A stretch of 64,000 nucleotides of DNA, taken from Octopus vulgaris. Lineage: Eukaryota. The position numbers and the translations under genes are program-made. Numbering within the stretch: position 1 is the first letter of the stretch; each line of letters begins with the position of its first letter. Below, one piece after another: positions 47,815-60,280 of this stretch. The stretch is taken from the NCBI GenBank assembly GCA_951406725.2, contig OX597835.1, forward strand, positions 16,678,001 to 16,742,000. Reading direction: 5' to 3'. Below the pieces are notes generated by a model. That model was not told the origin of the DNA and searched no databases. It saw nothing but the letters and a program-made list of their open reading frames with translations.

Positions 47815-48480
47815 AGGAACTACCAAAACCTCTGGTGTTGCGATTCTGGTACCATAAGAACTACCAAAATACCTGGCACCACGATTCTGATCCTGAAAGA
47901 TCTGCTATAACCTTTGGTACCACGAAATTTTGGTACCAAAACAACTAACATAATCTCTGGTACCACGATTCTGGTACCCAAGGAACTACAAAAATTTCCG
48001 GTGTCACCAAAATGGCACCAAAAGTACAACTGAAATCTCTGGTACCACGACTTTGGCATTAAAAGAACTCCTAAAATTTCTTGTACAACGACTCATATAC
48101 CATAAGAGCGACAAAAATCTCTAGTAGCACGTCTTTGGTACCAAAAGAACAACCAAAATATCTGTTGCCACGACTCTGGTCCTGAAAGAACTACTATAAT
48201 CTTTGACACCGTGCAATTCTAGTACAAAAAGAACATATAAAATCTCAGGTACCATGATTCTGCTAACAAAAGAACTACAAAATTCTCTGGTGTCACCAAT
48301 ATGGCACCAAAAATACTACTGAAATCGCTGGTACAAAGACTTTGGTATTAAAAGAACTACTAAAATATTTGGTATAACGATTAACGTATCAAAAGAACTA
48401 CAAACATCTCTGGTAGTCCAATATCTCATACCAGGACTTTGGTACAACGAGAACTGCCGAAATTTTTGGTACCAGGTCTT
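47815..48480. repeat. Degenerate ~40-bp minisatellite with paired GGTACC palindromes, about 16 units
   Basis: Consensus approximately aaagaactaccaaaatctctggtaccacgactttggtacc. Confidence 0.75.
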
Positions 48481-49169
48481 TTGAAAATTTGAAACTGAAG
48501 CACAAAATACCACTGGAGCGGGTGTTACTTCTTGTACGGTAGAAGAAATATTAGAGATGAGTAAGGGGAGAGAGCAGAGAGACAGGGATAGAGTGAAAGA
48601 GAGAGGGAAGAGAGAGAGAGAGAGAGAGCGGAGAGAGATAAAGGAGAAAGAGAGGATGTGTGTGTGTAAGAAGGAGGGTACGTTTATGAGAGATAAAATA
48701 ACTAAAGAATCGAGAAAGAGAGAGAGGGAGAGACGGGATAGAGAGAAGGGAGAGATGGAGAGACGGGATAGAGAGAAGAGAGAGAGGGAGAGACGGGATA
48801 GAGAGAAGAGAGAGAGAGAGTGGGAAAGACGGGATAGAGAGAAGAGAGAGAGAGTGGGAGAGACGGGATAGAGAGAAGAGAGAGAGAGAGAGGGAGAATG
48901 TGTGTGCGTGTGTGTGAGAAAGACAGAATGTAGCTAGTTAAGTACAATGGAGAAAGAGATAAAGTAAAAAGAGAGAGACAGGGAGATAAAGAGCGGTTGT
49001 GTATGGGAGAGAGAAAGTGACTAGGTGAGGAGAATCGAGAAAGAGAGAGAGAGAGAGAGATAGAGTGAGAGAGAGAGTGTGTGAATAAGAGAGAAGGAGA
49101 GATGAGAGAGAGAGAGAAAGAGAAAGGAAAAGGGTGTGAGTGTGAGGAAATAGCTAAAGACAATCAAGA

Positions 49170-49212
<43 letters not shown>

Positions 49213-49631
49213 GAGAGAGGGAGAGAAAGAAGAGATGAAGCAGACCTATAAAACCGATAACGAAATATACAGATCTCTAATACCGATGTCAGAGTTAATA
49301 ATGTTGTGTCACAATATATGTTACCGACACTATCACTTCCAAACATTATCACCTCAGTCTTTCAAGCATTATCACCCGAATCTTACAAAAATTATCACCT
49401 GAAGCTTTTTAACACTAATAACTACAGTTTACCAATACTATCACCATTGCCATCGTAACATAGCATCTCTGTAACCCTATTACTATCACCATAGTCTTTC
49501 AAAGTGCTACCAACCCTTGACGTGTCTATACTATAAACTAAGCCTTCCCCAAATAATCGCAGGTATAAGACGTTGGCGGTATAACAAGAGAGAGATGTGG
49601 CTACTACTTTTGGAACGCCAAGTGATCTCAA

Positions 49632-49990
49632 ATTTAGTTAAGCACTTCACTCTGTAAGGTGCATAGGCCATTAACGACTTTTCTTTGTTTTTCTCGACTC
49701 TGGGCTCTCAGGTCCACTACCGCAGTATATAGGCGTACCCGAAGAGGGCTTTGTCGTGGAGGGAAGGCCTTCCTTTCCCAGGTCTTGGTTTTGTATTGTC
49801 TTTCTAGACAGGGGTCTTGGCCCTATGTAAACTCATTTTTTTTTACCTCTGGGTTCCATGGTAGTCTGGTTTCTATCCTTTAATCTGTCCACCATGGGCG
49901 GCCCTAACAGGTGCTTGCACTTCACTCACATAGCTCCCAGGGTCACTGAGGCGCACAAGTTGCCAAACCATCACAAGGACGGGTTCCTGT
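49632..49990 (-). mobile_element. Internally deleted (bipartite) RTE-like element
   Basis: The 5' part resembles an RTE 5'UTR (ccttgtgatggt...cttgtgcgcctcagtgaccctgggagctatg). The 3' part encodes AQSR..RKVVNGLC (cf. the RTE C-terminus AQDRxxWRxxVxGLC). Confidence 0.55.
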
Positions 49991-50268
49991 AGTGCTGAGT
50001 AATCATATAAGGCCCTACATTTCCTATAAATACTTCCATATTCTTTACTCCACTGCCCACACTTTTACTTTTTTGAGAATATTAAAAACTATCTTAAAAA
50101 AACCGACATCCACTCAATGACACACTCAAGACCACAAGAGACCACCTCCTCTGCTATTGCCACTGTTCCTTGGTGCCGTCTTCGCATTGTCTGTGAAAAA
50201 TGATGCCTTTTGCCTGATTTGATGAACTTCTGAGAGCGAGATGCTTCAGATCTGGGTGTTTATCTTAC

Positions 50269-50337
50269 CTAATATTGGTGACTCTCTACCAGTTGGTGTC
50301 ATAATAGAAGGTTCAACAGCAGCAAGGGGAAATAAAC
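50269..50337 (-). CDS. Candidate cassette exon (xLFPLAAVEPSIMTPTGRESPIL); an alternative upstream acceptor gives 50269-50397
   Basis: Donor TAG|GTAAGA. Two pyrimidine-rich acceptors (ttgtcgcAG, cacttgtcAG) both give open phase 1-1 exons (69 or 129 nt), compatible with the flanking exons. Confidence 0.45.
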
Positions 50338-51170
50338 CTGCGACAACAGGGAGCGGTAGATGCCCCACCAGCCTAGTATTGTCGTCGTCCCAACACCCTG
50401 ACAAGTGGAGAACCGATATAGAGATATATTGAAGTAAACATTTCCCACAGTTCGTAGAGAAGGTTCCAGAAAAGCAAGGGGATGATTGTGTAGCATGTTG
50501 TAGGGAATTCTCTACGCAGAAAAGGGGAAGGATTTGGTTTGATGTGAAATAATTGAGGTCAAGGATTTGGTTTGATGTGAAATATTGAGGTCGAGGAGAG
50601 AACAGTGAAATTTTTGCTGCAACTTAGGGTCAGAACAAAATAGGGTTTCTAAGTGAAAAGTACACCTCTGAAGAAAGGCTGTGTATAGAAGTGAAATGTT
50701 AAACCGATAAATTTGGCCAAGCTTTTGAAAGCGGTTCAACATTGATTTAGGGCAGTGAAGAGATAAAATCGATAATTTTGAAGCGGTTTAGTGTTAGAAC
50801 AAAGCAAGATTTCTGGGTAAATTAGTACAAATCTGAAGAAGGGCAGAGTATGGAAGTGAAGTGGTAAACCGATAAGTTTGGCCAAGGTTTTGAAAGTGGA
50901 ATAGGTTTGAAGTAGGGCAGTAAAAGGAAGTGATATAGCAATAGCTTTGGTCAAGGTTTTAGAAATGGCACACCGTTGATTTAGGGGCAGCGTTTAAGAG
51001 TGAGGAAAAGTTGAATAAATGCAAATTTGGGAAGTGCTAATATTGATTACATTGATTAGGAACGGTGACTGAAAAAAAGTGACAGCATTTTTAATGCAAG
51101 TGTCTGTGAAGTGGTCCGTTATTGGTTTTGGATGTAGATTGAAAGAGGCGCATGCTTGGGTCAAGGTAGA

Positions 51171-51264
<94 letters not shown>

Positions 51265-51982
51265 GTATATATCATCGTCAAGGAGGGATCTTAAGATGGC
51301 ATTGAGTAGAATCTGAGCGGAATTTGAAAGTGACTGATTTGAGGGATGAAGCAGGAATGGAACCTGAATTAAAGCGAAGGGAAATATCAAAGTGGTGGGG
51401 GATTAAATACTACCAAAAATACAGGGTCACAACAAAATCCAAAGTCATGTTACAACTACACTTACGACAAAAACAGTTTTACACGAAAACCGGGGGAACG
51501 CCAGATCAAACAAAAATAGGTGAATAAACATTGGAGATGACAGGGTCCTTGACGAAGGTCACAGTAAGCCGACAACAATGGTTACTACAAGATCAATAAC
51601 ATGTATAAAATGGGCTTTTGAAACAATGGTTACAAAAGGGTCAGTCACAAAAGGCAGGGTTTGGGTTAGTGTTAAAGGTCAAAATATGGTCAATGATGAA
51701 TGCCACAACAGGTTAAATGGTGAAAAACAATGAGAAAGGCCGTATAATGCTCACTAGACGCGTGATGGAAGGTTCAGTAATGAAACTCAGTGAAAACATC
51801 AAATAATATGGTTAGAGATGAAGGCTACAACACAGTCGGTGATGACAGCAAGGGAACTGATGATAATAGGGAATAAACGGAATAACAGGGTAAGTGAAAA
51901 CCTTATCATGTTATATAATTGTTGTGTGCTTTGCTTATTATACACGCATATTCATGGTAGGTGTGTTTGTGTGTATGCATAT

Positions 51983-52017
<35 letters not shown>

Positions 52018-52387
52018 TGTGTGTGTGTATGTGTTTGTGTGTGTACAAATGTGGTGTAGCCTAGTAGTTGATGTAGTTCGCTTAGTAACCACAAGGATCT
52101 GGGTTCCAATGAAGAAAGGAAAATTAACCAGAAGAAATAAAAAAAAAAGGGAAGAGAAAAAGAAGTCCGGGGAAAAGAGAGAAAGGGATGGAGGTGGACA
52201 TCATCTCGCAATTATGCATAGCACACACATTCAGACAGACAGACAGACACACACACATACACACACATGTAGGCACTTAGATTCAAGGAAACCCAAACAA
52301 AGACACACACGGCAACAGGCAAGTCGTCAGACGCTCACGCTTTAACTTACCAGCTAATATGGAGGGTAAGGACGAGCAAAACATATT

Positions 52388-52601
52388 GATTTCAAATTTT
52401 GGTACGAAGCCAGCAATTTCGGGGGGTGGGGGGCAAGTCGATTACATCAACGTCAGTACTCAACTGGTACTTATTTTATCGAACCCCGAAAGGATGAAAG
52501 GCAAAGTCGACCTCGGCAGTATTTGATCTCTGAACGTACAGACGGACGAAATGCCGCTAAGCATTTGGTCCGGCCTACTAACGATTCTACCAGCTCGCCT
52601 C
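52388..52601 (-). mobile_element. SINE family A variant
   Basis: Family A head and body with a ttcaaattttgg end. Confidence 0.8.
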
Positions 52602-52681
52602 CATATTAATTCTAAGAGTATTAATTCTAAGGCATATTAATTCTAAGAGTATTAATTCTAAGGCATATTAATTCTAAGAGT
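52602..52681. repeat. 15/16-bp tandem repeat (tattaattctaag), 5 units
   Basis: Direct inspection. Confidence 0.9.
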
Positions 52682-53929
52682 TACCAAAAATATAAAAATT
52701 AACCAAAATCTTCATCATTTTCCAAAGTCAGAGATAAGATACGTAACAGAGAATTCACTACGCAATGATGGATGTTGAGTTTGATGGACGGATATTTCCT
52801 GCTGCCCGTGAGTAGGACGTACCGGCTCTAGTATAGCACCCTGGTACCAGTGACCAATAAATTCACCTTAAGATATATTGCATCTGAAAAAGTTGCTTCC
52901 TACTATGAATCAGTAGCGATTTCCCCGTGTGTGTATATGTGTGTATATGTGTGTGTGGGTGCACGCGGATGCACATGAATGCATCTGTATGTCAGAGGGA
53001 CGAACAGGGAATGACAACACCCTTCATTCCTTTCTTCTACTCGAACTTTTCCTTCCTTTCATTTATCTTTCTTTCTCCCTTATCTTTCACCTTTCCGCCT
53101 CAGTCTAAGTGATAGACTTTGGTATTTCTATCGTGTATCCACACGTCCGGCTCCCTTCAACCTTTTCTTTTGCCAGCCCTTCTGTCGACAGCTGGCTGAA
53201 AGCAGACCGCTATGCATGTGTCTTTGTATATGTACCTGCTTACCTATGTGCGTATGCATATGACAGGGAACTTCTCTTCCCTCTTTCTAGACCTGTCTGA
53301 GTGTGTAGGGTGAGTGAGCATGTAACCGTGTATGTATGTATGTATGTATGTGCACGCGAGCGCGTATGTGTGTGCCTTTATTACTCACTGTTTTCCTTCC
53401 TTCGTCCCAGGTTCTCTACTGATCTCCGCCAAAAGTCAGCTTGTGAGTTCAGTGAATCGTGTCTAATGCAATCGCGTATAACACAGAAAGTAGTAAAGTA
53501 CGAAAAGAGATATATCATGGTTCAACCCACCTTTTAGTTAATATGTAACATCCAGCATAAAATTAAGACACAGATATTTCCTTAACAACCGTAAATATAA
53601 GATTTTAACAAAAACACTGCAAAAGTTGACTGCAACTGTATTGACAATCTTGCCAGCTCCATTGCCAAATTTTGCAGAAAATCTCACACAAATAGGAACT
53701 GGCCAAATTTTCTACTTGAATGGCGTGATTAATGAAGGGACTCACATAATAAATAAAACGTCTCTATTACCTATAGTTTCTCCAGGCGAAACGGATAGAA
53801 CACTAAGGCTGCCTTCTATTTAGGGTCAGGAGGTATTTCAACTTTTAACAGCTGTTGTTACTTTACAAATACAACAGAAAACTGATCTGGTAGGGTACTT
53901 CTGCTACCTACATTGAAGGATCACTCGGT

Positions 53930-54200
53930 TGACCCATTTCTGGATCCCATCACTAACGGACACCCCACAATCCCCTACTCCACAGGCCTACCATACCCTA
54001 TATCTTTTCTGTCGCTATGATAATGACTTTTGTTCCTCTGTACTGACTGACCCAGTACCTCCACAATTCAGGTGCCTCCCAACCACTCATTCGGTGCATC
54101 GGATATACTCTTTCCTAATAATAACCATTATGCTTATTTCTTTACCCCCAGAATATTATCCTATTTGGAACCGTCTCCTTTTTATTTTCCCGAAGACGTT
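53930..54200 (+). mobile_element. Old L2/CR1-group LINE ORF2 C-terminal remnant
   Basis: LYLFCRYDNDFCSSVLTDPVPP (cf. LxLFYRYxxGxCSxELxxxxP), and WNRL further downstream. Confidence 0.5.
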
Positions 54201-54233
54201 AACTTGCATCAGTAGTCGCAAAGGGTCTGCGAA

Positions 54234-54295
<62 letters not shown>

Positions 54296-55774
54296 TATAT
54301 AATATATATATTATAATATATTATATAATGCATATATGTTATATATATCATAATATATATGTTATATGTATAATAATTTATATATCGTAGTATGTATGTT
54401 ATTTATATATGTGCGTGTTCGTGTATACGTGTCTGTTAGTGAGTATGTGTGTATGCGTGTATATGTATGCAGTTTATATAATATATATATATATAAGCAT
54501 GTTAATATATGTGTCACTCTATAAGAATCTAGATGGGGAAAGCAGTGACTGTAGTGAAAGAGATGGAAGATGGGAGATAGAGGAAAGTATTATAAAGTGA
54601 GATAGATTGGATAATAAGTTAGAATAAAATGAAACCAGAAGATATTAGCCAGCAGTCAGCAGCAAGAACGCGTACGAGACAAGCAATCTCGCGAGCAGAC
54701 ATTGAAATATCGGGAAGGACTGATCAACAAGTGAGAAAGGAAGAGATAACGCGAGTTAGAGAGGAAAGGGGGGAGGAAAGAAAGTAGAGCTCTATGACAG
54801 AGACGAGGAATTGAGGGGGTAATGTGATAGCGTAAGAAGAGATACAGAGTAAGTGTATGAGAGAAAGGGAAGATAACAGAATGAGAGAGACAGGGAAAGA
54901 GAAGTACGCCTAATGTCGAAGCGTGGGTGGGGGGTGGGGGAGAACTTGGGAACTAAAATGTAGATTGGGGAAGATTTTCATTGGGAGGAAAAAAACTGAT
55001 GTAGAACTCCCCTTCTCCGTGTGTATGTATGTATTTATGTATGTATTTATGTATGTATTTATGTATGTATGTATGTATGTATGCATGTATGTATGTTTGT
55101 ATGTATGTATGTATGTATGTATGTATGTATGCATGTATGTACGTATGTATGTACGTATGTATGTATGTGTGTGTGTATGTATGCATGTATGTATGTATGT
55201 ATGTATGTATGTATGTATGTACGTACGTACGTATGTATGTATGTATGTATGTATGTATGTATGTATGTATGTATGTATGTATGCATGTATGTATTTATGT
55301 ATGTATGTATGTATGTATGTATGTACCAACGTGCGTACGTATGTATGTATGTATTAAGTCATTATTCAGTTTTATTCCAAGATTTCTTGCCAATAGAGAA
55401 AGAGCCGGTTTCGCTGGTTTCTAACCCAGATCCAAGGCTCCTTCATTGGAATTTCAACATCAACAGGGTATTTTTGTATGTATGGATGTATATGTGAAGA
55501 TTTGTATGTTTTGTTTAACGTATGTATTTTCATGTATGTTGTTGCATATCTAGACATGCTCATATATAATTTAAATGATAAACTTCTGGAAAGTTTAACG
55601 GGTTTTTATAGTTCCAGTGATGGCTTGAATTTGTAGTCTAAAAATTAACTCTCTCCTTTCCGGTTTTGAGAAGCCTAATATCTCAAGATTGGTATTTAGG
55701 CAGTGTGTTACATATCCCAGTGCCCCAATAATTACAGCTATGTATGTATGTATATATGTATGTTTGTATGTATG

Positions 55775-55805
<31 letters not shown>

Positions 55806-56570
55806 GAAGAGGAACATTGAGTCAATAATAATAATTATTATAAAAAAGGATAAGAGTAAACGAGTGAGAGTGAAATAGTAAGGAAGTGATGAGAAGATTT
55901 TTCAAACATACAAAGGTAACTGCAAGTCAAATAGGCAGCTATAGAGAAACTGTTCGACATTGAGTTATTAGGCAAAAATTATCGCAAAAGTAAGTTAATG
56001 GCTGATGTGAAGGATTTGGTGCAAATCTAAAACATGAAAAACCAAGGGGAAACAGAAGAAGGGATCGCGGTTAAAGAATAAGAATCACTGACAGAAGACA
56101 AAATGAGACAAGAAGAAAATGAAGCAAGACTTGAAGCAGAAAAGGAAGAATTACTGAATAGAAACAGAAATAAACTCCGTCATTTTTGACAGGCACTACC
56201 ACAGTATATATATGTATATATATATATGTGTGCGTGTTTGTTTGTTTCTTTGTTTGTGTGTGTGTGTGTGTGAGTGTGTATGTGTGCGTGTGTGTGTGTG
56301 TTGTGTTATTCATAATTTCCTTACAAATTACTGTTCTGTTTCGGCTCTTAACAAATCTCTTCAGAGATTTTAACAATGGAGTTTGTTAAGAAGTGAAACT
56401 AAACTGCATTTTCGTTAGAAAATTATGAATAAATTCTGTATATTCTGTCATAAAACAGCATCACGTTCTTCTGAATTGTTAATTTTTAAGTTTTAGTATT
56501 AAATAGTTTTAAATGCATTATAAACTATATATTATACATGTGTGTAAACATATGTATGACTGTACACATA

Positions 56571-56617
<47 letters not shown>

Positions 56618-56908
56618 ATATATATATACTTATATATATATGAATGTATATAATGCCCGCGTGTATATATATGTTTGTATGTCTGTATGTATGTATTATC
56701 TATGCTGTAAACCTATGACTTTTGAAAGACAGTGCATTCTGTTCAAGTTGCCTTTGATGGAAAAACAACAAAACAAAACAACAAAAAACGACGACAACAA
56801 CAACAACAACAATAACAAAAACATCAGTAACAACATAAAAGCTATAGACAGTTACACATTAAAACATAAAAAAACCGTAGAGAAATATATTATTTATATA
56901 TTATACAC

Positions 56909-57078
<170 letters not shown>

Positions 57079-57533
57079 AAATTAAAATCTAAATATATCA
57101 ATCAAAAACATAAAAAAATTGAAATGCAAACAAAATATAAATGAAATATGAAAAAGACATTTAATTTCTCATTATCGTCATGATTAAGTAATTTTGTCTT
57201 CGTTATTTTTTGCTGTAGGCCAGTCTTAATCCAGCAAATTTATGATAAAACCCATCTCATAAATGAGATCATCTCGATTTGATCTTACATTTATGCTGTC
57301 TCTTGAATTACTCTTGGCGAAGGAGTCCTTTGTTTATTTTTTTTTTAAAGAGCCAAGTTTATGATTAGGTTTTGGCTTTCGTTGATATTTCTAGCAGGTT
57401 AAGCAATCGCACAGAGCGTCGCCCTAAATTAGTAAGAGTTTTTAGCTGATGTTTTAGCCATTCAGTCGGCGTCTACAGTATGTAGACCCAGTCAATCTTG
57501 ACACTCTATCTAACCTGAGAGCATCTGGATATA

Positions 57534-57574
<41 letters not shown>

Positions 57575-57575
<1 letters not shown>

Positions 57576-57676
57576 TTTTCTGTCTCCCTTTCTGTAGAAG
57601 AGCGTAGGCTCGAAACATAAAAGACTTTTTCTATTCCTGAGCGTTATACTAATGCATCTGTTTGTTTTGTACACCA
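57575..57676 (+). mobile_element. (TA)n-embedded fragment with a decayed hammerhead (57588-57623)
   Basis: CUUU-CUGUAGA-A-GAGC(GUAG)GCUC-GAAA-CA-UA-AAAG. Stem II is perfect; the core has A6U. Confidence 0.5.
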
Positions 57677-57717
57677 CGTATATATATATACGTATATATA
57701 TACGTATATATATATAC

Positions 57718-57780
<63 letters not shown>

Positions 57781-58095
57781 GGTATTATAAGTTTAGAGCA
57801 ATGTCAACTTCGGAAGTACATGAACTCTTGAACTAAATGTTCGTATGTAAGACAAGTCTATCAGTAACATTTGTCAAAGTACTGCTTTTCCATTCGCAGT
57901 ACAAGCACTATTTCTTCTGCCAAATCTCAGTAACGTCACACTACTAATGCATATATATATATATATGCATGTATGTATATAAGGTGCAAAATTGTTACGA
58001 TTATTTGAACGATAACTCATGACAGAAAGTATGTCTACATCTTGTTTGCGATTTTCCCGTGTGTTCCCTTGTCGTTCTTCTTGGAAGAATTTTAA

Positions 58096-58154
<59 letters not shown>

Positions 58155-58232
58155 GTTTGCATACGTATACATATAAGAAGGAGTTTGATGAATGGTTAAA
58201 TTATCATCAATTAATATATAACTTATACTTAC

Positions 58233-58276
58233 ATATGAAGTTTTCATTTCTTGCAGCTTTTAATTTTCGTTTGTAT
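58233..58276 (-). CDS. Juxtamembrane cytoplasmic exon (K)YKRKLKAARNENFI, CDH23/CDHR2/Cad87A-type cadherin motif
   Basis: Acceptor tttatttcAG, donor T|GTAAGT, 44 nt, phase 2 in (matches the TM exon) / 1 out. RKLKA directly after the TM is characteristic of CDH23/CDHR2/Cad87A-like cadherins. Confidence 0.85.
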
Positions 58277-58323
58277 CTGAAATAAACGAATGAATGAATA
58301 AATAAATAAATAAATAAATAAAT

Positions 58324-58540
58324 AAAGGCGGTGCTCCAGCATGACCGCAGTCAAATGACTGAAATAAGTAAAAGAGTAAAAGAGATGAATAAAATATTTC
58401 TAAAACTTTGACTGAAAACTTTTCCTTGTATTTTTAATTTGCTATTTTAGTTTACATATTTTTTTACTTGTTTCAGTCATTTGACTGCGGCCATGCTGGA
58501 GCACCGCCTTTTGTCGAGCAAGTCAACCCCAGGACTTATC
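58324..58540. mobile_element. Two family B 3' tails in inverted orientation
   Basis: 58324-58373 versus 58462-58511: about 50 bp with 2 mismatches. Confidence 0.85.
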
Positions 58541-58652
58541 ATGCGATATTACACAATGATACTGTGGGATGACTGCAGGAGTATAAAATACTATACAATA
58601 TTCTGAAACAATACCGTTGCATGATAACAATACTACGCAATATTATACAATA

Positions 58653-58711
<59 letters not shown>

Positions 58712-58830
58712 GTTGTTGTTGTTGTTGTTGCTGTTCTGCTTCTTCTTCTTCTTCTTCTTCTTCTTCTTCTTCTTCTTCTTCTTCTCCTTCTTCTTCTTCT
58801 TCTTCTTCTTCTCATCATCATCATTATTAT

Positions 58831-58906
58831 TCAGGTCACTGCCTGGAATCGAACTCGGAATCTTGGGGTTAGTAGCCCGCGCTCTTAACCACTACGCTAT
58901 ATGCCC
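58831..58906 (-). mobile_element. tRNA-like head (pseudo-tRNA / SINE head) followed by an (AAT)-type tail
   Basis: A box tagcgtagtgg, B box gagttcgattcc, anticodon loop CT-ACT-AA, poorly paired acceptor stem. A partial inverted copy lies at 58910-58945. Confidence 0.65.
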
Positions 58907-59154
58907 AATATTCCGAGTTCGATTCCAGACTGTGACCTGAATTATTAATAATGATGATAATGATGATGATGATGATGATAATAATAATAATAATAATAAT
59001 AATAACATCGAAAAATACCCAATACAGTATAGCACAATATTACACAATAATATAGTGGTACGACTATTGGACTATACAACAGTATATAATACTATATCAT
59101 ACAATGATATACTATATTATATTATAGCGTAAATAACACTGTAGTATAACTTAC

Positions 59155-59282
59155 TTTTGTCTGCTGATGTAGAATAGTGTTATTATCACAAAGAGTACAA
59201 CTAGTAACACAAAAGCTATTAGTATAAGCACCAGCATGGCATCTCGTATTTCGCTGTCTTCACCTTGTTGCATATAAGAAGG
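59155..59282 (-). CDS. Coding exon with a single transmembrane helix (PSYMQQGEDSEIRDAMLVLILIAFVLLVVLFVIITLFYISRQ)
   Basis: Long polypyrimidine tract ending tttttcAG, donor AA|GTAAGT, 128 nt, phase 0 in / 2 out. Contains a run of about 24 hydrophobic residues followed by basic residues. Confidence 0.88.
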
Positions 59283-59636
59283 CTGAAAAATACAGAAAAG
59301 ACAAAGAGATAGTGAGAAATTATGCAATGTTTAACAAACATTCATAGTTTGGTTTCTCTATCAAAACCAACAGTAATGCAAAATATAACGGTGATGGTGA
59401 AAATGAAGATGATAATGATGATGATGATGATGATGATGATGATAATAATAATAATAATGATAATAATAATAACAATAACAACAATAACAACAGCAACAAC
59501 TATAATAATCGATCTTTAATTTTTTTAGATCAGCAGGGAGCTGATTGGTTATTATAGCTATGTTCCATGCATTAATAATGTTAATAAAAACAACAACGAC
59601 AACAACAATAAAAATAATAATCATAATAATAATAAT

Positions 59637-59800
59637 GGTTTCAAATTCTGGCACAAGGCCAGGAATTTTTTGTAGAGGGGCAAGTTGATTACATCAACCC
59701 CACTGATCAAGTGGTACTTATTTTATCGATCTCGAAAGGGTGGAAGGTAAAGACAACATGCGAGGAATTTGAACTCAAAACGTAAAGATGGACGAAATAG
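59637..59800 (-). mobile_element. SINE family A variant, diverged
   Basis: ggtacttattttatcga...gaatttgaactc. Confidence 0.7.
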
Positions 59801-59850
59801 TGCCGGCACAAACTAGTCGGTTTTGACTCCACTCATGCGGAAACTCTCAC

Positions 59851-59919
59851 AACAATTCGGAGTAGTTTGTTATATTTGACTCGAGTCAAAAATTCTGGTT
59901 CCTTGCACCGCTCCTTAGT
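59851..59919 (-). CDS. Candidate coding exon, membrane-proximal extracellular segment of the cadherin-like gene ([23 protein letters not shown])
   Basis: Acceptor tttcgtgtcAG, donor GTT|GTGAGA, 69 nt, open in phase 0-0. Joins in frame to the TM exon (..LLRIV|PSYM..). Confidence 0.6.
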
Positions 59920-60002
59920 CTGACACGAAATACATAATACATATATACATACACACACACTGTATACATACATACAAACATACATACATACATATATATA
60001 TA

Positions 60003-60067
<65 letters not shown>

Positions 60068-60146
60068 GGCACAATTATTTATATTGTATATGTATATGAC
60101 TTCACCAGGTGGTGCTATTAAGTTAGACATGGCCTATATGGCGAAA

Positions 60147-60204
<58 letters not shown>

Positions 60205-60280
60205 CATACATACATACAATTCATATAAGTTATCATTATCTATAAAAATAATGATAAAGTGGCCATTCAAATAAGGAAAA

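Noticed and set aside
53771-53815. Candidate exon GSLSVLSVSPGETI, which with GLFP at 50.3 kb looked SH3-like
   Set aside because: Splice sites are weak, joining it after the 58233 exon creates TAA, and the SH3 tryptophans are absent.
58831-58906. Functional tRNA-Ser(ACT)
   Set aside because: The acceptor stem pairs poorly, there is no long variable arm, and it has a simple-repeat tail and a partial duplicate, so it is treated as a SINE head.
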